The translations under genes and the position numbers were made by a program. Under the pieces are notes generated by a model, which was not told the DNA's origin, searched no databases, and saw only the letters and a program-made list of their open reading frames with translations. This document shows positions 58,326 through 64,000 of a DNA stretch of 64,000 bases, one piece after another. The DNA comes from Oscillospiraceae bacterium (GTDB lineage Bacteria; Bacillota; Clostridia; Oscillospirales; Ruminococcaceae). The stretch spans positions 874 to 64,873 of the forward strand of contig JAQXHC010000007.1 of the NCBI GenBank assembly GCA_029007035.1, in the 5' to 3' direction. Position 1 is the first letter of the stretch. Every line of letters starts with the position of its first letter.

Positions 58326-61238
58326 ATGCAATTGGATATTTTTAAACCGGTAAGCAGACTTGCCGCCGGACTGCTTGCCTGTCTTATTATTTCCGGAACA
58401 GCGGCTGAGACTGCCGCAGCAGCTGATTCAGCTCCGGCAATTTCTGATGAAACCCTGAATGCTATGTGCAGGGACTACTACAGTTTTACTGATGAAAGCT
58501 CCGGATTAATGAGCTACAGCGATTACTACGACCTGTATTCACAGCAGAACCGTCCGGAAAGGGAAATAGTCGTAAAGGGTACGGATTTTAACGATACATC
58601 AGACGGAAGCTTCTCCGCAGGCAGCTGCGGCGGTGAAGAAAATGTTCTTCTGTGGGAAAGTCAGGAGGGCAGGGCGGACTACATTATTAATGTGGAGCAG
58701 TCCGGAATATACTGCGTGAATATGAAATATTATCCCTTTGATTCAGCCACTGTGCCTGTTGAGCTTTCAATGGAGATTGACGGAGCAGTTCCCTTTGACA
58801 CAGCCTCCCGTATCAGGCTGAACAGAGCATGGGTAAACAGCAGTGAAAGCCGTTTCGACTCCCGTGGAAATCAGATGCGTCCGGTGCAGATACAGCAGGA
58901 AATGTGGCTGTGCGCCGATTTCTGCGACAGTGACGGACTGTTCAGTGAACCGCTGATATTTTATCTTGAATCCGGCAGTCATAAAATCTCCTTTACATCG
59001 GAGCGTGCCGGATTTGCAATTGAAAGCTTTAAGTTCTACACGCCTGAAAAGCTGCCGGAATACGCTGAAAATGACGGAATATCAGGCACTCCTGCGAATA
59101 TTTTCAGGATTGAGGGAGAGGACGCCGCTGTTAAATCGGATTCGGTGATATGTCCGGCTGCGGACGGCTCATGCTATACGATTTCTCCCTCTGATCCGGT
59201 AAAAATTCTCTATAACACCATTGGCGGAGGCAACTGGAAAAAGCCAATGCAGTCGGTAACATGGACTATAAAGGCTGAGGACATAAAAAATGACGGCTGG
59301 TACAAAATTGGCATAAAGGCAAGGCAGAATCAGCTGCGTGGTTTCAGCTCAGCAAGACGGATATATATTGACGGAAAGATTCCCTGTCAGGAGCTTTCTC
59401 AGGTATGCTTCCCCTATGATAAAAGGTGGCAGCTGACAAGTCCCTGTAATCAGCAGGGAGATTATATATATGTATATCTTACGGCGGACTGCGACCATAC
59501 ACTTACTCTTGAAGCAGTTCCCGGCGAGACAGCTGATTCCTTGAGAGAGCTTGACAAATGTCTGGATGAGACGGAGGATTATTACAGCAGAATTCTGATG
59601 ATAACCGGTCCGAATCCCGATAAATACACTGATTACTACGTTCACGAAAAAATTCCGGAGCTTGTTGATGAGCTTGAAAGGCTGTCAGGAGAGCTGAAAG
59701 CTGTTCAGGCTGAGATAGAGGGAATGACCGGAACGTCCGGTTCAGAGGCTGCCGCTATTGAGCGTATGACGCTGATACTTGACAAATGCGTTGAAAAGCC
59801 GCTGAGAATTCCTGATTATCTCTCCCAGATCAAGGAAAATATAACTTCCCTGTCTGCATGGTCAAGAGAGTGCCGCAGTCAGCCGCTTGAAATTGACTAT
59901 ATTGAATTTGCTGCTGCCGGCTGCGATTTTTCTGATACTGATGAGCATTTTTTACAGTCCCTTAAATTTGGTGCAGGCTCATTTTTCGGCTCGTTCTTTG
60001 AGGATTATTCCACACTCTCTGATGTTACAGGGGAAGATGCTGTTGAGGTATGGGTAAATCTCGGACGTGACCAGGCTCAGGCAGTACGTGAAATGACGGA
60101 ATCCCAGTTTATGGCTGAAACAGGTATTCCCGTATCAATAAGCCTTGTAAACGGAGGAATAATTGAAGCGGCACTTGCTGATAAGGCACCTGATGTTGTG
60201 CTTTTTCTTGGCGGAGAAACGCCTGTGAATCTTGCGGCAAGGGGGCTTCTTGCGAATCTGACAGGATTTTCCGGCTATGAAGATGTAAAGGAGCGCTTCG
60301 GAGACAGCGCATTTGTGCAGTACACCTATGAGAACGGCGTTTACGGACTGCCCCTTAGCCGTAATTTCCCCATGCTGTTTTACAGGACGGATATTCTTGG
60401 GGAGCTTGGATTCGATGCGCCTCCTGAAACGTGGGACGAGCTTACAGAAATGCTGCCTGCGCTGCAAAGGCGGTATATGTCAGCAGGACTTGTTCTGCCC
60501 TCTGCAAATATTTCTCCGGCAACAGAAGCAGGACATACCTTTGCGCTGCTGACATTGCAGAATAATGTGAGCTACTACAATGAAACGTTAACTGATTCAT
60601 GCTTCGGTTCAGCCGGAGCAGTTGACGCCTTTGAGAAGTGGACGGATTTTTATACAAAGTACTGCTTTCAGCAGTCCTATGACGCATTCAGCCGGTTCAG
60701 AACAGGGGAATATCCCCTTGTAATAAACAATTACACCTTTGCAAATCAGCTGACAGAGGCTGCTCCGGAGATAAGCGGTTTATGGGATTTTGTACAGGTT
60801 CCCGGTACTTTACAAAGCGGCGGAACAGTTTCCCATGCGGCAAATTCAAACGGTACAGCGGCAGTAATTTTCAGCAAGGCTGAGAATAAGGAGGGGGCAT
60901 GGGAGTTCCTGAAATGGTTCACGGAAACGGAAACTCAGGTTCAGTTCGGCAATCGGCTGGAGGGCTTAATGGGCGTTATGGGACGGTATGATACGGCAAA
61001 TACCGAAGCTCTCGGACAGCTTTCGTGGTCGTCCGGCGAGTACAGCCGCCTTGCTGACCAGATTGAGGAGCTTGAGGAGATACCGATAATTCCTGCTTCC
61101 TATGCTGTTACGAGAAATATAATGAATGCTTTTCGTGAGGTAGTCAACGAAAAGGAGAATCCCCGTGATACGCTTATATGGTACAACAGGGATATAAGCG
61201 AGGAAATAAAGAGAAAATCGAAAAACCTAATAAAGTAA
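58326..61238 (+). CDS. giant extracellular solute-binding protein (carbohydrate ABC transporter)
   Basis: Signal peptide, long N-terminal extension, C-terminal SBP (YGLP, LFYRTDIL, PETWDEL, AWEFLKWF). Confidence 0.82.
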   Translation: MQLDIFKPVSRLAAGLLACLIISGTAAETAAAADSAPAISDETLNAMCRDYYSFTDESSGLMSYSDYYDLYSQQNRPEREIVVKGTDFNDTSDGSFSAGSCGGEENVLLWESQEGRADYIINVEQSGIYCVNMKYYPFDSATVPVELSMEIDGAVPFDTASRIRLNRAWVNSSESRFDSRGNQMRPVQIQQEMWLCADFCDSDGLFSEPLIFYLESGSHKISFTSERAGFAIESFKFYTPEKLPEYAENDGISGTPANIFRIEGEDAAVKSDSVICPAADGSCYTISPSDPVKILYNTIGGGNWKKPMQSVTWTIKAEDIKNDGWYKIGIKARQNQLRGFSSARRIYIDGKIPCQELSQVCFPYDKRWQLTSPCNQQGDYIYVYLTADCDHTLTLEAVPGETADSLRELDKCLDETEDYYSRILMITGPNPDKYTDYYVHEKIPELVDELERLSGELKAVQAEIEGMTGTSGSEAAAIERMTLILDKCVEKPLRIPDYLSQIKENITSLSAWSRECRSQPLEIDYIEFAAAGCDFSDTDEHFLQSLKFGAGSFFGSFFEDYSTLSDVTGEDAVEVWVNLGRDQAQAVREMTESQFMAETGIPVSISLVNGGIIEAALADKAPDVVLFLGGETPVNLAARGLLANLTGFSGYEDVKERFGDSAFVQYTYENGVYGLPLSRNFPMLFYRTDILGELGFDAPPETWDELTEMLPALQRRYMSAGLVLPSANISPATEAGHTFALLTLQNNVSYYNETLTDSCFGSAGAVDAFEKWTDFYTKYCFQQSYDAFSRFRTGEYPLVINNYTFANQLTEAAPEISGLWDFVQVPGTLQSGGTVSHAANSNGTAAVIFSKAENKEGAWEFLKWFTETETQVQFGNRLEGLMGVMGRYDTANTEALGQLSWSSGEYSRLADQIEELEEIPIIPASYAVTRNIMNAFREVVNEKENPRDTLIWYNRDISEEIKRKSKNLIK

Positions 61239-61314
61239 TAACGGCGAAGATTTACGGATATTTCAGTATTACATCGGCTTGACCGACAAAAAATTAACAA
61301 AGGAGGTGCAGCCA

Positions 61315-62223
61315 TTGCCTGATAACAGCCGAAAAAACAGAATCAACAGCACATTGAAGGAAATCAGAAAAAACAAAGCCTGCTATGCAATGCTTGCACC
61401 TTTTATGATATTCTTTCTGCTGTTTACCGTTGTTCCGGTCGTAATGTCCCTGCCAATGGGCTTTACGGACTTCAACATGGCTCAGCCGCCGGAATTTGTG
61501 GGATTTTCCAACTATGCCGCACTTTTTCTTACGGACAGGATTTTCCTGAAAGCCATAGGAGTAACACTTATTTTTGCTTTTTTTACAGGTCCGCTGAGCT
61601 ATATGCTGTGTTTTTTCCTTGCATGGCTTATAAATGAGCTGCCGGGCGTGCTGAAAACTGTCTTTACTCTTATTTTCTACATTCCCTCAATGGCAGGTCT
61701 ATATACGGTTTGGCAGCTTATTTTCAGCGGAGATACCTATGGCTGGCTGAATTCCTTTCTGCTGGAGCTTGGAATTATCAGTTCACCCGTACAGTGGCTG
61801 ACTGATTCAAGGTATGTGCTGGGCGTAACTATCATAGTTCAGCTGTGGATAAGTCTCGGCGCAGGCTTTCTTGCGCTCCGTGCAGGCTTTCAGAATATAG
61901 ACCGCTCCATGTACGAAGCAGGGGCAGTGGAGGGCATAAGAAATCGCTGGCAGGAGCTTATTTATATTACAATTCCTGCAATGAAGCCGCAGATGCTTTT
62001 TGCCGCTGTTATGCAGATCGTAAGCTCCTTTACCGCCGGAACGGTTGCGCAGAATCTTGTGGGATTCCCAAGCACTGATTACAAGGCGCATACTATTATG
62101 ACTCACGCCTATGACTATGGCTGGGTGAGATTTGAAATGGGTTATGCATCGGCAATATGCATGATACTTTTCCTTGCAATGTTTGCAGTAAACAGGATTA
62201 TAAACAGGGTTCTGGGAAAGTAG
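61315..62223 (+). CDS. carbohydrate ABC permease (MalF-type)
   Basis: FVGFSNY, EAA-like loop YEAGAVEG, FEMGYASA; TTG after AGGAGGTG. Confidence 0.9.
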   Translation: MPDNSRKNRINSTLKEIRKNKACYAMLAPFMIFFLLFTVVPVVMSLPMGFTDFNMAQPPEFVGFSNYAALFLTDRIFLKAIGVTLIFAFFTGPLSYMLCFFLAWLINELPGVLKTVFTLIFYIPSMAGLYTVWQLIFSGDTYGWLNSFLLELGIISSPVQWLTDSRYVLGVTIIVQLWISLGAGFLALRAGFQNIDRSMYEAGAVEGIRNRWQELIYITIPAMKPQMLFAAVMQIVSSFTAGTVAQNLVGFPSTDYKAHTIMTHAYDYGWVRFEMGYASAICMILFLAMFAVNRIINRVLGK

Positions 62224-62231
62224 GCTGAGCA

Positions 62232-63113
62232 ATGACGAAAAAAACAGATTCACCGAAGCTTCGTGCTTCAAACAGGCAGGCAGGAAAAAAATACGGCGGC
62301 ACAGTATGCATATTTATTTTCCTTGCATTACTGGGAGCTTTCATGGCTTTTCCCATTTACATTGCAGTAGTGATGTCCATAAAGCCGGTGGAGGAGCTTT
62401 TCATATTTCCGCCGAAGCTTTATGCTGTTCAGCCCACACTGGAAAATTTCCGGGATATGTTTCTGCTGCTGAGAAATGGTCAGGTGCCTTTCTCACGCTA
62501 TGCGGCAAACAGCGTCCTTGTTACTGTTTCCATAACCGGTTGTCAGTGTATTTTCTCCTCAATGGCAGCCTTTGTGCTGGCGAAGTGCCGTTTCCCCGGA
62601 CAAAAGCTTATAAACAGCCTTATTGTTACAGCGCTTCTTTACCAGAGCAGCGTAATTTATATAATGCAGTATATTGTTCTGGCAAAGCTTCATCTTATAG
62701 ATACTCCGGCGGCACTGATTTTTCCGTCAATAGCTTCGCCAATGGGACTTTTTCTTATGAGACAGTCTATAAGTCAGATGCCTGACGAGATAATCGAAGC
62801 GGCAAAAGCTGACGGAGCAGGACTTTTCAGGATATGCTGGCAGATAGTTATACCCAATCAGAAGCCGGCACTTATGACGCTGATTATTTTTGCTTTTCAG
62901 AGTGCGTGGAGCCTGCAGTCCGGTTCATTTGTCTTTTCGGAGGAGCTGAAAACACTGCCTACTGTTGTGCAGCAGGCGGCTGCTTCGGGACTTGCAAGAG
63001 CCGGAGCAGCTATGGCAGCAGCAGTTTTTATGCTGATACCGCCGGCAGTCGTTTTCATAATTGCACAGAAAAATGTTATCAGAACTATGGCTCATTCCGG
63101 AATAAAGCAGTAA
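62232..63113 (+). CDS. carbohydrate ABC permease (MalG-type)
   Basis: PTLENF, FPG, EIIEAAKADGA. Confidence 0.9.
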   Translation: MTKKTDSPKLRASNRQAGKKYGGTVCIFIFLALLGAFMAFPIYIAVVMSIKPVEELFIFPPKLYAVQPTLENFRDMFLLLRNGQVPFSRYAANSVLVTVSITGCQCIFSSMAAFVLAKCRFPGQKLINSLIVTALLYQSSVIYIMQYIVLAKLHLIDTPAALIFPSIASPMGLFLMRQSISQMPDEIIEAAKADGAGLFRICWQIVIPNQKPALMTLIIFAFQSAWSLQSGSFVFSEELKTLPTVVQQAAASGLARAGAAMAAAVFMLIPPAVVFIIAQKNVIRTMAHSGIKQ

Positions 63114-63142
63114 ATCAAGTTTTACTTGTACGGCATTATTTT

Positions 63143-63244
63143 AGGGGGACTCTGTCCCCCTAACCCCCTGCCAAAGGGACATTGTCCCTTTGGAATCCCA
63201 CGTCTCATCTTACTATACCCCATAAAGGGGTATAGTAAGATGAG
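63143..63244. repeat. REP-like palindromic element, copy 2, plus an 18-bp perfect inverted repeat
   Basis: Same core as copy 1, followed by CTCATCTTACTATACCCC-ATAAA-GGGGTATAGTAAGATGAG. Confidence 0.7.
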
Positions 63245-63339
63245 GAGGGTTCAGAAACAATGTACCTTGACAAGGAATTAAGAAGAAAGTACCATTTAAT
63301 AATGCATAAAGTAAAATTAGATTTTCATGGGAGTTGAAT

Positions 63340-64000
63340 ATGATAAATATTATCAGCAAGCTGATAATGGCAGCTTTGGTGTTACTTATAATATGTGCGG
63401 CTCCGGTGAATACAGCCGCATTTGGTGCAGAGCCTTATCAGACCTATAATTATGATAAATGGGGAGAGGCAGTACCGTCACAGGCAGGCTATACAGCTGA
63501 ACGCACTGTTACAGGAAAGGAACTGGGTGCAGGAGAGCTTAACTCCCCGAAAGATATTTTCAGGGACGAAAACGGCTTTTTTTACATTGCCGACAGCGGC
63601 AATAACAGAATTATCGTAACGGACGCTGAATTAAGGAGTACGGTAAAGGTGATAAGCTCCCTCACTATGGCTGACGGAGAAAAAACGGAGCTTTCTTCTC
63701 CTATGGGAGTATATGTTTCGCCTGAAACAGGACTGCTTTACATAGCGGATAACGGCAATTCCCGTGTGCTTGTGTGCGACAGCGAAGAAAATGTTACAGC
63801 AGAGATAACGAAGCCTGATTCCGAAATCTATGACAGTGAAAAGCCTTTTATGCCCCAGCGTGTTCTTGCGGACAGAGCCGGTAATATTTATGTGATTCTC
63901 GGCAGTATAACCTCCGGTGCGGCAATGTTCAGCGGCAGCGGTGAATTTCTTGGATTTTACGGTGCAAACAAGGTAAGACCGACTGCTGAGATAGTCAGCA
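63340..64000 (+). CDS. secreted NHL-repeat (beta-propeller) protein, truncated by window end
   Basis: Not in ORF track. Signal peptide, PYQTYNYD, LNSPKDIF...YIADSGNNRI, LSSPMGV...YIADNGNSRV. Confidence 0.85.
   Translation, partial: MINIISKLIMAALVLLIICAAPVNTAAFGAEPYQTYNYDKWGEAVPSQAGYTAERTVTGKELGAGELNSPKDIFRDENGFFYIADSGNNRIIVTDAELRSTVKVISSLTMADGEKTELSSPMGVYVSPETGLLYIADNGNSRVLVCDSEENVTAEITKPDSEIYDSEKPFMPQRVLADRAGNIYVILGSITSGAAMFSGSGEFLGFYGANKVRPTAEIVS

Overview
This is core chromosome of a cellulolytic Ruminococcaceae bacterium, probably Ruminococcus (inferred from the GH48-dockerin, the CBM4-GH9 and the gene order). Most of the window is housekeeping operons: infC-rpmI-rplT with an L20 leader; trmH-dprA-topA-trmFO-plsX-rnc-radical SAM-smc-ftsY-rdgB-yhbY-nadD-yqeK-LCP-rsfS-leuS; rpsU; yqeG-aroQ-peptidase-efp; and yicC-remA-gmk-rpoZ-priA-def-fmt-rsmB-rlmN-stp-pknB-rsgA-thiN-spoVM. 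It also holds two tRNAs, a NatAB-like exporter and the start of a carbohydrate ABC cluster with a giant solute-binding protein. I found no integrase, transposase or CRISPR array. The 28.9-41.5 kb block is the most interesting part. It contains an ECF sigma/anti-sigma unit and an unannotated 52-aa ORF that is 73% Asn+Gln and sits behind a sigmaG-like promoter. It also contains a membrane-anchored, dockerin-less CBM4-Ig-GH9 cellulase, a GldA/F/G-DUF4340 ABC module and a divergent Cel48-dockerin gene whose leader can fold into a four-way junction. Other oddities are an FtsY with its acidic domain and membrane helix at the C-terminus, a structured rpsU leader, and a pair of REP-like palindromes that keep their stem with different paired bases. 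Genes missing from the ORF track that I recovered by eye are the GGGtGRT 5' end, rpsU, the N/Q peptide, spoVM and a truncated NHL-repeat gene. All family calls come from motif recognition; no database search was run.
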